This document shows positions 1 to 11,700 of a stretch of DNA of 64,000 bases, piece by piece (within the stretch, counting starts at the first letter, position 1; the number at the start of each line of letters is the position of its first letter). Position numbers and translations under genes: made by a program. Origin of the DNA: Chiloscyllium plagiosum (lineage: Eukaryota); contig NC_057746.1 of NCBI RefSeq assembly GCF_004010195.1, positions 5,729,925-5,793,924 of the forward strand. The letters are read 5' to 3'. The notes under the pieces are model-generated. The model did no database searches, was not told the DNA's origin, and saw only the letters and a list, made by a program, of their open reading frames with translations.

Positions 1-98
1 TCCTATACTTAACCCTAATCCTAACTCTGAACCTCATCCTAACCCTACCCTCATCCCAACCCTAACCTTAATCATAATCCTGACCTTAAAGCCTAGCC
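1..98. repeat. Degenerate telomere-like (CCCTAA)n hexamer tract, truncated by the window edge
   Basis: aaccctaatcctaactctgaacctcatcctaaccctaccctcatcccaaccctaacc: 6-bp periodicity with several exact CCCTAA units. Confidence 0.6.
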
Positions 99-99
99 C

Positions 100-290
100 T
101 ATGTGACCTCTTTCCACCTATCGCATTTCCGACGCCCCTCCCCCAAGTCCCTCCTCCCTACCTTTTTTCTTAGCCTGCTGGACACACTTTCCTCATTCCT
201 GAAGAAGGGCTTATGCCCGAAACGTCGATTCTCCTGTTCCCTGGATGCTGCCTGACCTGCTGCGCTTTTCCAGCAACACATTTTCAGCTT
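100..290 (+). mobile_element. Penelope-derived terminal-repeat fragment (family A) with hammerhead motif
   Basis: cctgaagaagggcttatgcccgaaacgtcg...gatgctgcctgacctgctgcgcttttccagca; the same module terminates the PLE at 17330-19270 and recurs many times. Confidence 0.8.
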
Positions 291-1379
291 AAGTCCATGT
301 GATCGACTGAGAACAGCTATGTGGTTATGTTGAACAATAGTTGATAAAAATGAGCGGATGTGATCTGAAGGGGTTTCCAATGTCTTTCAGGTGAGGCACT
401 TTGTGGGAAATCGGAGTGAGGGTATGGATGACATTTGTGCTGCAGGTCGATCCGGCACTGAGTGATGAATCAGGTAATGACACAGGTCATGACTGGCCAC
501 AATTTGAACTTGTTGGATGGATATTTGTCCTACGAAACAATGATATTTAGAGCAAAAGCGGAAGACAGGCAGCTAGTGCTGTGGTTCTATCAATAGGTCA
601 GTGGTCCAAGGTATCAGGATATGCTCTGGGGAAATGGGCTGAAATCTCACCATGGCAGTTTCTAGAATAAGAATTCAATACCTATTTTTGGAATATAAAG
701 CTAGTCATAGTAATATAGCTGCCACAGATTTACCAGGTCATTGGGCTGCTCTCTCATTACAGATCGACCACTACAGGTGACCTGAGGATCACCACACCTT
801 AGGTGAAGGGAGAGGTTGAGAAGGACAGTCATTCATCGCAACCTCACCTGGTGCAGGAATTGAACTCATGCTGTTGGCACGTCTCTGCATTACAAACCTG
901 CCGTCCAGCCAAGTGAGCTTACCAACCTGCGTTTGCAGTCAGACTGGCAATGATGAAAATATATCTGGATCACTAATGCAATTCTCTCGTCACTACCTGG
1001 TCTGGCTGACAAATGATTCCAGACTCACAGAAATGTTGTTGAATTTTATGGGAGCTGAAGAGGAATAAGGATTGGCCACAAATGCTGGCCTCTCCCGTGA
1101 CACCGGCAACCCAGCAAGGGAAACATCGAACACTGAATGGACAGTAACCTTCAAAAGTTCATCTTGGCTGGAAAACACTTTGAGATCGTTATTGGTCACA
1201 AAAGATGTGATGTAATGTAAGACTGTCTTTTCACTTTCATATTCTTCTCATATCCGCCTACCTTATGACAATCCCACAGTAGATTTTATTCACAATATCT
1301 GTAAAGTTCCCTAACAGAACAGCTCAAATTGGACATCATCTAAACTACAGGACAGTTTGCAAGTAGCATAAACAGCAAG

Positions 1380-2900
1380 TTATAGAGCTAAGTGATCAGA
1401 CAACCAATGGGTCAGATCCATGCTCTGTAATCTTGCCACATCCAGTCGCAGATGGTGGTGAACAACTAAACAACTCACTGATGGAGGCTCCACAAATATC
1501 TCCATCTTCAATGATGAAATTGCCCAACACATTAGCGCAAAAGAAAGGGCTGAAGCATCCACAACAATCTTCAGCCAGAAGTTCCAAGTGGATGGTCTAC
1601 CTCGGCCCCTTTACGGTAACCAGCATCACATGCACCAGTCTTTAGCCAATTCAATTCGCTCTATGTGATATGAAGAAATCATTGGAGGTCCTGGATAGTG
1701 CAATATTTATGGGACCTTACAACCATTCTGTCAACAGAGCTAAAGACTTGTACTCCAAAACTTCCAGGACAGTTACAACATTGGCATTTACCTGACAATG
1801 TGAAAAATTGTTCAAATAAGTCGAGTACACACAAAGCTGAAAAAACCCTACCAAGCTAGTTCCCAGCACATCAGACTCCCCTTGATCATCAGTAAAGTGA
1901 TGGAAGGTGTCATCAACAATGCTATCAAGCATCCCTTTGCTCATCAATAATCTGCTTAGTGATTCCCAGGGTTCTGCCAGGGTCACTCAGCTCTGCATAT
2001 TACAGCCTTAATTCAAAGATGGGCAAAATAAATGAATTCTAGAGGGGGTGAGAATAACAGCCCTTGACATCAAGGCTGCATTTGACCAAGTGTGGCAACA
2101 GGAAGCCGTAGCAAATTTGTAATCAATAGGTATCATGGTGCAAACTCTCCGCTGGTTAGAATCATACCTGGCACATTGGAAGATGGTTGTGGTTATCGGA
2201 GGTCAGTCATCCCAACTCCAGGACACCTCTGCAGGAGTTCCTTGGTGTGGTGTCTGAGGCCCAATCATCTTCAGATGCTTCCTCAATGACCTTCCCCGCA
2301 TCACAAAGTCAAAAGTGTGGATGTTTGTTGATGATGGAACCATGTTCAGTACCATTCGCGACTCCTCAAATACTGAAGCAGTCCAAGTTCAAATGGAACA
2401 AGAGCTGTACAATATCCAATATCAGGCTGAAAACTGACAAGTAACATTCAGGCCACACAAATGCCAGACAATGACTATCTCCAACAAGAGACAATCTACC
2501 CACTCCAGCTTTGCTATTCAATGGTGTTACCATAACTGAATACCCAACTACAAATTGTTTCTGGGATTACCATTGACCAGAAACTTAATTGGGCTCACCA
2601 CATAAACATAGGAAGAGGTCAGAGGTTGAGGAATAATGCAGCAATTAACTCACCTCCTGACTACCTTTAGACAGCACTTCCAAATCCATTATCTTTTCCA
2701 TCTAGCAGGACAACGGCAGCAGATACATGGAACACCACCAACTGCAAGATCCTGACTTTAAATGTACCGCTGTTCCTTTACTGTCGCTGGGACAAAATCC
2801 CGGAATTTCTTCCTGATTGGCATTGTAAGTCAATATACAACATGTGTGGACTGCAACAGTTCAAGAAGGCAGCTTCTCACCACCTTCTTAAGGAAGGACA
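1380..2900 (+). mobile_element. Decayed CR1-clade LINE (RT region and 3' end)
   Basis: Colinear with the better preserved copy at 26800-28490 (cagcccttgacatcaaggctgcatttgac, gcaggagttcct, ccttcaatgaccttccc). Confidence 0.8.
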
Positions 2901-3544
2901 ACAAGCTATTCCCACAAGTAAGTAAATAAAGTATCTTTCAGTGCAGCATCAGGAAAGATTTACATTTCACCTCAAACATTCTCTGGCAAAGAGCACCTTT
3001 CAGACCATTTTATTGCAAATGCGGATGAATCCAAATGATAAACTGGAAACCTGATTGTGTTTCACTGACTGTCCTGCTGCTCGGATCGGAATTATCAGCT
3101 GATCCCAGGCTGTGGGGCTAATTCTGATGAGACCAGACTCCAGTATGACCATAATAATGATAGGTGTCTGATATTTCTTTGATATTCCCTTTCTCCCTCC
3201 TGAACAACAGGCATTATCGTTATCAATCTGAACTCCGTGCTGATTTCACAAATCAGTGCCCAGTATTCTCTGTAGTTAGAATGGTTACAGAAATCCTCGA
3301 AGGAGTCACAGAAGAAAATTGATTCTGGTCAGACTCTAAAAGTTTTAAAATCAGGAGCAACAATAGAAATTTCTGATCATTTGAACAGAAACCATTTCCC
3401 TGAAGGTCCGCACTGGGTCTCAGGGTGTGTTGGTTGTAACTGCTGATCCTGTGTCTGATAATGCTTACGATGTATCATTTCAAAAGATTTTCTGATTTAG
3501 CAGGCTATTTTCAAACTAGACACCAGCAAGCAGTCACTTTTACA

Positions 3545-3550
3545 TTTATT
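3545..3550 (-). terminator. Candidate polyadenylation signal of the class I gene
   Basis: AATAAA on the minus strand in non-repetitive AT-rich sequence about 2.2 kb past the stop; other candidates exist. Confidence 0.3.
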
Positions 3551-4684
3551 AAATCTTTACACACAGTTACATTTACTGAAGTGGACCACATGTCTCAGCA
3601 ATTCTCAACAAGTCTCACTCATCTCCAGTACTGCCTTACACCCTGTCCTATTCAGACAGAAGTTCTGCTCCAGCATGCAGTCTCCAGCTTACAGTTAATC
3701 AAATTATTGCTTTCTGAAAGCTGCAAATTACTGCACCTTCAAAATGTATTCAGGTTACTGCACGGTCAAACATATCAAGAAATGGATCAGTAACACAATT
3801 AATAATCAATGAATCGAAGCTATTTTTATCCAACATGTAAAAGAACACAACTCTTCTCACATTAGGGTAACGATTCTTTCACAACAAGTTCATAACAGGA
3901 TACATCTGTGACAAGCTTTGCATTTTGTGTCACAGTTTGATGATATCTGATGCACATGCTTTCACACCTTATATGAATATTTGCATACTGCAATTTAAAC
4001 TTGCAATACAAACTATTACTCAGTACTTGTTATTAAAAATCAAGAAGAAAAAAAAAACTTAAAGCATGCATATTATTGTCTCATCAACAGGCCTACTCCC
4101 TACCACAACCTCCATCAACACTAATCTCACTCATTGGTCAGTGCACAGACTCTGAACTGGAGCAGAGGAAATGAGAGGATTTAATCGAGGGTTTTCAAAC
4201 TGAAGAGGTGTCTTGATGGAGTCAATTATTTTTCCCTAATAGGAAGAGTCAGTCAAGGTAACAAATGATCATCAATAGTGACAAAGTGGGGAGAGAGATG
4301 AGGAGGAATTTTTGTCAAGTCGTTTGAACAAGGAGAAGGGAATGTAAATTAATTCCAATTTTTTTAAAGGAGAAGTGGGACCAATGTTTGACCCAGTGGC
4401 ATCCACCTGTTGGTCAGGATGCAGAGTTAGCAGGATGAGTCTGTCAGGCTACTGAATTTGGCAACAGAATAGAATTGAACAAGAGGTTCCCAGAAGATTC
4501 ATTTTTCAACATCAGTGCAAAACCAGAAATACGAAGGGACCAGACAAGTTCAGACTGAATAGTTAATATTGGGATTAGTCACTGGATAGAGTCAGTTAGA
4601 CAATGGAGAATGGGAGAAACCATACTTCCCTGAATAAACATGAGTCCGAGAGGCTGACCATATATTGAAAAGCCCAGGTAAGTC

Positions 4685-5330
4685 AAAGTTACAAATCATA
4701 CAGCACCAGATTATAGTCCAACAGGTTTATTGGGAAACACTAGCTATCGGAATGCTGCTCCTTCATCAGGTGGTTGTGGAGTATAAATCATATGATACAG
4801 AACTCATAGCAAAAGACTACAGTGTGATGCCACTGAAATGATATATTGAAAAAAATTGGATGGTTTGTTAAGTCTTTCATCTTTTCGAATGACCATGTTA
4901 GTTTTGGTTCTTTCATATGTAAATCCCAGAACTTTTTTAAAGCTATATTCTCAAGTTAGCTTTAACAATAAGTGCCATCTCAGCTTGAATACTGCATTGA
5001 AGGCATGAGGTTAAAGTCTGTTGGTGTCCCAATGTTCAGACTGATTCTATTTCTAAATTGGGATTTACAGGATCTTACATGGGGTTTGGCAGTTTTGAGC
5101 AAAATAAGATGTAATTCTGCAAGTACAAATTCATCCGACAAAATATTAGTGTGTGTGTGCAGGGCAGACAGAGTAAGTGTGAGCATGTGGATGTGTGTCT
5201 GTGGGGTGTGTGTGCGTGCATGTGTGGGGGTGTGCTTCTGTAATGGGGTATAAGTCTGACAGGGTTTGTGTGTGGGGGTGAGTGTGGGGATTATATGTGT
5301 GAGTGTATGAGAGAGGTGTGTGTGTGTTCA
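4685..5330 (-). mobile_element. Penelope-derived non-autonomous element (family B) with CA-rich tract and mutated hammerhead
   Basis: Homologous to 50070-50607 and 63443-63628; minus strand reads ccacCTGATGAaggagcagcattccGATAgctagtg at about 4738-4773. Confidence 0.65.
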
Positions 5331-5750
5331 ATATACAAGGTTCATTTGTTATTGGGAAGAGAAGCAAGGAATAGTAAGCAGCTGCAGGAGAAGGAGATGA
5401 GTCAAGGAGGGAGAAAAAAGCTTCACTCTCTACCTGACCAGACATTAGCCTTCTCAACCGTGATAAAATTAATCTGTACCTTCCAAAAAATAAATTGATA
5501 TCAATGAAAGCCATGTGTATTAAACGAAACTGAGTGATTCGAGACCAGAGTTATTCACTTCACTTCTGGCATTGATGTCTTTTCCAGACTTGGTCACAAA
5601 ATTGGGTTTTTCTGAGTGGAAAACACAAATGTCAAGTGAGAAAGCAATGATGACATACGGTCCAGTCTCTCCCCCAGTACCACAGGCCCACAGTTCATGC
5701 CGGTTTGGTGTATATTCAGCTGTAAAAATTGCAGAATGTGACTTCATATC

Positions 5751-5797
5751 TCAGGCCAAGGAGAACGAGATAGTGGGTGATTCTCCTGAATCAGTAG
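5751..5797 (-). CDS. MHC class I exon 7, Ser-rich tail STDSGESPTISFSLA*
   Basis: tttccttttacag|CT ACT GAT TCA...GCC TGA; resembles the SD..SS ends of class I tails. Confidence 0.8.
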
Positions 5798-8700
5798 CTG
5801 TAAAAGGAAACATTTCCATCACACAGACATTTTACAACGTGGGAAAGTGACAAACAGGAATTCATAGATACAGCCAAATAAACAAAGAGACAGGTACACA
5901 CACACATAAAAAATACAGGCACAGACAGTAACACAGATGCAGGACCGAAGCAGGCATGTATGCACTGTTCGAGACAGAAATGCAAACATACACTGACAGA
6001 TACAGGGAGAAAAACAGACACAAGTATTTATAATTTTCACACTTACAATTTGCCAGATTATAAATGGATTTCTTCTTTCCTCCTATAAGAGACACAGAAA
6101 AAAACAGAACTTCAATTGTCTTTTCCTTACATCAGCCCCACACAAACCTACTGTTTATGCAAGGGGACATCAGTTACACGCTGTTCCCTCATCATTACCC
6201 ACGTAAACTTACTATATGCTACATGGGAACTTTAGTTCCCAATTGCTCCCCAAACCCTCTTGGGTAATGTCCCTCAACTGTGGTGATATTTCAAGCTGCT
6301 CCTACCTGTCAGTGGCAGATCCTGTCCTGCTGTCTTCCCTCTCCTCCTCCAGACAACCATACCAACGACGATACCAATCAGAACGAGGACAGCAGCAACA
6401 ATTCCAATATTCAAATGGTCATTTGTTCCCTGTAGAGATCTTGGAGACAGTTGGAATGCCTCAACTGTGGTGGGGTGACAATTGAGGAGGAGTTCAGTGT
6501 TCAATGAATAATCACAGTCACTGCTCATTCAGAAACAGCTGTACCAAGGATGAGCCTGCATCCTACGTTACAGTCTGTGATGTGATTGGCCGTCTGACTG
6601 GAGGGTGGTACTGGTTGGAAAGATGCGCTGTGACAGGGACTACACTTTTGTAATCCACTTTAGGGAGGGAGATAATTAAATGAAGATTGTTTTCTTTTTA
6701 CAAACTTTGGAATTACTTGTCATTCCAAACTCCATTCTCGTCATCAATATGGGTGGTAAATCACCAGCCAACCTCACAATTAGTCCCCTTCCCGGTCACA
6801 CAATTGATTAATCCACTTCGTAGTCCTCACAATCAATCACTTTGTGAAAGTAATGCGGGTTCAAAGGTTTCTAGGGGAGCAAAGAGGAGATGGCGTGATT
6901 ATTCAAAGGACTTGTTAAAAGCCTGGAATGCTTGCTCTGTGGAATGAAGTGGGATAAGGGGTGCAGATTTCAGTGGGAAACCATTTAGGAAACATTGATT
7001 ACAATATCTTGAGGTTAGGAGTGGCTCTGTGAAAGGCTACAGAAAAACTAAACAGGAAAATACTCACCTAAAGAAGGTTGAAAAGGGGGCTGGCCCAGGT
7101 GCATTTCTCAACATGAAGCAATTACAGAGCAGATGAGGAGGGGTAGGGCTGGTTATAGATGAAAAGAAGGGTTACCTTATGTAGACATAGGAGACATCTG
7201 ATGTACTAAATAAGTATTTAAAATAGACCTTGACTGAAGGTGACACTATCAATGAAACAGTAAAGAAAGAGGCTGTGGGAGAATAAAATGGAATAAAAAT
7301 AGATTGAGCGAAGGAACTGGGGTAAAGAGAATGGCAAGTCAAAAAATGGCTGAGGGATACAACGTAGGTTACTGAGGAATTGAAGGGTGAAGATTGCAGA
7401 GGCTCTGATCACTATCTTCCTATCTTCCTCATCTATGAGGGAGCTGTCAAAGGGTTGGAAAATCTCTAAGATAACACTCCAGAGGAGAGAGATGAACCTG
7501 GAAACTATTGACCAATCACTGTAACACCAGCAGCTGAATATCTCAGACAATAGAATAGGAAATGACAATTCAGACCCTTTGTATCTGTTCCACCATTTGA
7601 TGAGATCCCAGGTGATCTGTATCTAAACTACTTCTTACTTAATACCTTTAACAATCCAAAACTCTATCGATATAAGATTTGAGATTAATTGAGCTCGGGT
7701 TGACTATGTCTTATAGAAGACAGCTCTGCACAGTGAAGAGAAGATTTTGAATGTCTCTCCTGGATAGGCAGACTCTGATTTGAAGGCCTTCTCCCTTTTC
7801 CTGGACTCCCTGACATGGAAAAGAAATCTGTTCCATCGACTTTATCAATAATTCCTTTAAGAATCCTAAAATACTCGATAAAATCACCATGAACTTACTC
7901 AGCCTCAGTGAAGATCAGTAAGTTTTCCTCATAATTAAACTTCTGAAATTGTGCAACATTTAGGTAAATCTGTGCTGAATTCCTTCCAACACCATTCTCG
8001 TTGTACCTTTCCAAAGGAGCAATGCCCAGAAGTGGACACAATTATACTCCAGACATGACCCTAACTATAGTTAAAACTATTAAATGAACACATGGTACCA
8101 GTCTTCCCAAAGAAAGCAGATGATTTAGTGACACTAGTTATGGAGACAAAAGTTATGGATAGAATAATGATAAATGGAAAGATGTATGAAAGACATTAGG
8201 TTTATTATTCATCTGGTCCAGATGGAATGTGTCAGAGATTATTGAAAGCTCATATACAAATGGCAGAAACATAGGTCACCATCTCTCAGTCTTCATTAGA
8301 TACAGGTGAGATAAATGGAAGGGGTCGAGTCACTCCTGTTCCAGCATCATTCATTGAGGCAAGGATAAATCCAGGAAAGTACAGGGCAAGCAGTCCAACA
8401 GCAGGGGAAATCATCATCAGGGACAAAATCAACTTTCATTTGGAAAGGCATGGATTAATCGTACAAAACCATTATGGATTTATTCAAGGGACGTTATGCC
8501 TGATTAACTTAATGTAGCAGGGAAAGTTGACCAAGTTTGTGTGCAGCACATGTTATATATGTGGACTTGTTAAAGCATTCAACAAACTCGCAGAAGGGAG
8601 GCTTGTTAAGAAGATGCAGGCAAATGGAATTAAGGGATAAGAAATTAGCTTAGTGACAATGCAAAGATGGGGGTGAATAAAGGTCTTTCTGGCTGGAAGG

Positions 8701-11700
8701 TGGGTTGTAATAGTGTTCTCAAAGTAGCCCCGAACTATGAGTCTATTCCACTTTGCAAGTCTTTTTATATGTTTGTGGCTGAGAAGCTACCTGTCCATTA
8801 GTGTGTTGAAATAGCTGCACCAAAGGGTAAAACAGTGTGTAATTGACAGCTCAGTCTCTCAACAATTGTACCAATTACACAATTTGTTTTTTATAGATAA
8901 ACAGCTGTTTCATTTTTAGTAGTTTCTGCTATGATGCTTTTGAAAGATCAGGATCCTTGTCATTTTTGTCGAGCTGCAGTGAAGGGAATTTCTTACAAAT
9001 CAGTGATTGACTGCTTTATAAAATAGATATAGATGTACAAATATAGAGATTGTAGCGAGTGAATGAGCCATTATATTGCCACAGATTCACATGATGATAT
9101 ATAAGATCAGTGCGACAGTGGTGCATAGTTTAGAATTGGCAGCATGTGTGAAACCTTTTAACCTCATATTTCAATTTCACAGTGAAACTCCAGTCCCTCA
9201 TCAGGCACTAGCCCCACAGTCTCTGACACACACCATCCCAAAGACCCTGACACAAACACATTGTCTCCCGCAGTCCCTAGCACACACACACACATTCTCC
9301 GCCACAGTGTCAGACACACACTGTCTCCTACAGTCATCCACATATACTCAATCCCCAAAAGTTGCGATTGCACTTACCCAACTGTCGGGTCTCCAACCCT
9401 TCACTGCTGTGTTCATACTGACAGGAATAGGTGGCTCTGTCCTCCAAGTTGATTACTGCCCATCTCCTGAATTGGTAAGTGCCATTGTGGTTGGGCAGAA
9501 TGCCAGTAGAGTATGTCTCCCCGATTGGTCTGTCATTTTTTAGAAGAACGACTTCAATGTCGCGAGGGTAAAATCCCGTCACGAGACAGGACAGTTGGGC
9601 TGAATCAGTTGCTGATGCGGTATCCACAGTAAGGAACATCTGAGGAGCAACTGAGAAAGTGAAAGAGATCAGCGTCGCATAAGCGAGACACAGGGATTGA
9701 TAAATATCCTTTCAAATTGGAGTTTAAACCAGATCCGAAGGAATCTTCAATACAACTTTAACCTGGGGTTAGACCCTGACGCCAAGGAATCATAAACTCC
9801 CTATAATCTGGACATTAGACCTTTCATCTAAAGATGAAATAATGAATATCATTCACTGCTCCCTAACAGGCTATCATCTCAATCTTAGCTCCCACCAAGT
9901 CCCACTTCTCAGACTCCATGACTCTCAATTGCCTGTTGTCACTCTCACTCCTGCTCACCTACCTTATTTTTAATTCACCTCTACACACTCAGTTGCCCCT
10001 CAACCTCAGTCTCCCCTCATTCACTCATCTCATACCCTCACTTTCATTCCGAAGTGGTGTTTAAGGATGTGATAGAGTGATAACGTCACTGGACGAGTGA
10101 TTCAGAACACTAGACCAATTTGAGCAATAAATATTGGCCAAGCCACCAATGTCCACATCCCATGAATGAATTTTAAAAAACTCCCTCTCTCTCAGACATT
10201 CTGACACTCAGTTCTCCACCCAGCCCTCATCCCTCACACTCTCTCTCTCAATAATCTCCCCACCCCTTCCCCCTCACTCACTCACTCACTGGGTTTTAGC
10301 TCTCTCTTTCCCTGCTTCAAGTATGTTTTCAGCCACTCAATGCAGGTTCTCTCCAGGTAAGCCTTCCTCTGTAGATTCCTGGCTTTATCCTGGTCCCACT
10401 TGTTCTTGGTGATCAATCCCCAGGATACTGGGGTAACCCACACCATGTGCTCCTTGTCAAAGCTGATGTAGTCCTGGCCATCCCAGCCTTCCTGGTGAAA
10501 TCCATTGCTTTTCCCGTCATCTTGGAGCTCACAACCGTGCATTATCTGGACCGTGTGGATCCCTGTCAATCAAGCACAGAGCCAATCAAAGATCATCGCA
10601 CAGAGAACCCACTTACCCTGACCTATCGGTTAGCAGAGAGGGAGGTTTTCACCTTTCCAGTTCCTTCTATTCTCAAACACTCCAAATATTGAAAAGAAGG
10701 AAACAGACCAATCCTGTTCCATTTGGAACAATTCTGTTTAAAGGAAGGAGAATCCACACAGCAAGAGCCTCACATCAGTCACAGGCAAAATACTGAAACA
10801 TATTATTATTAGGGACAAGGTAACAGGTTCATAATTTATTTACACAGAGTTAACATGCATTTATGACAGGGACATCATCTTTGACCAATCTACTTCAACT
10901 TCTCAAAGACATAATCAATATTGTAAATAAAAGGAGGAGCTAGTGAAGCTAGTATATAATATGGGAATTTCAAATCAGTTTTGATAAGGTGCCAGATATG
11001 ACGTTATTCTAGAAAATAGTGATTGATGGGATTCAGCTTTGATGAATGGACCAAAAGCAGACAGTCAGTTTAAACTAGTCATATTGGTATTGGTGAGCTG
11101 TAGCTAGCAAGGGCCATGAAGGTCAGTACCCGAGACAAACCTAAAGACACAGACGTTGGTTTGGGACAGAGAAAAAGTGTGTGTGAGAGGGCAAGAACAT
11201 TGCAATGTGGAGAAGCATTAAATTAGTTGAAAAACAGGAAAAGCAGAATTTGTTTGAATGGTGAGGGAGAGGGGAATGTTTGCAATCAGAGGAATCTCGA
11301 TATTCCGTATTTGTCGAATCACAGGATCATTACAGCATTGAAGGGTAACTAAGTCATGGAGGTAGAAAGCAAGGAAACAGATCATGCCAACCAAATAACT
11401 AAAATTAATCTAGTCCCTTTTGCCAGCATTAGGCCTATATTCCTCTGAACCATTCGTTTTCATATGCTTTTAAATGTTGCAATTGTGCCAGCCTCTGGCT
11501 CTGGCAGGTCATTCTATACACACACCACTGTTATGAAACTGAAGGCATGTATTGTACCTGAAAGAGAGAGAGTGAATGCTGGTCTGAACTGAGAGCTTAC
11601 AAGCAGCTGTGCATATGATGAGATGGCAGTCCCAGAGTGTGCTGGAAAATTGAAAATATGTGACATTTGGCCGTGAAAGGGATTTCTGACTTTGGTTGGT

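Noticed and set aside
6420-6445. Closer AG acceptors for the TM exon (ctctacag, ctccaag)
   Set aside because: Joined to the phase-1 alpha-3 donor, both hit a stop within 10 codons; only the acceptor opening at 6464 keeps the frame
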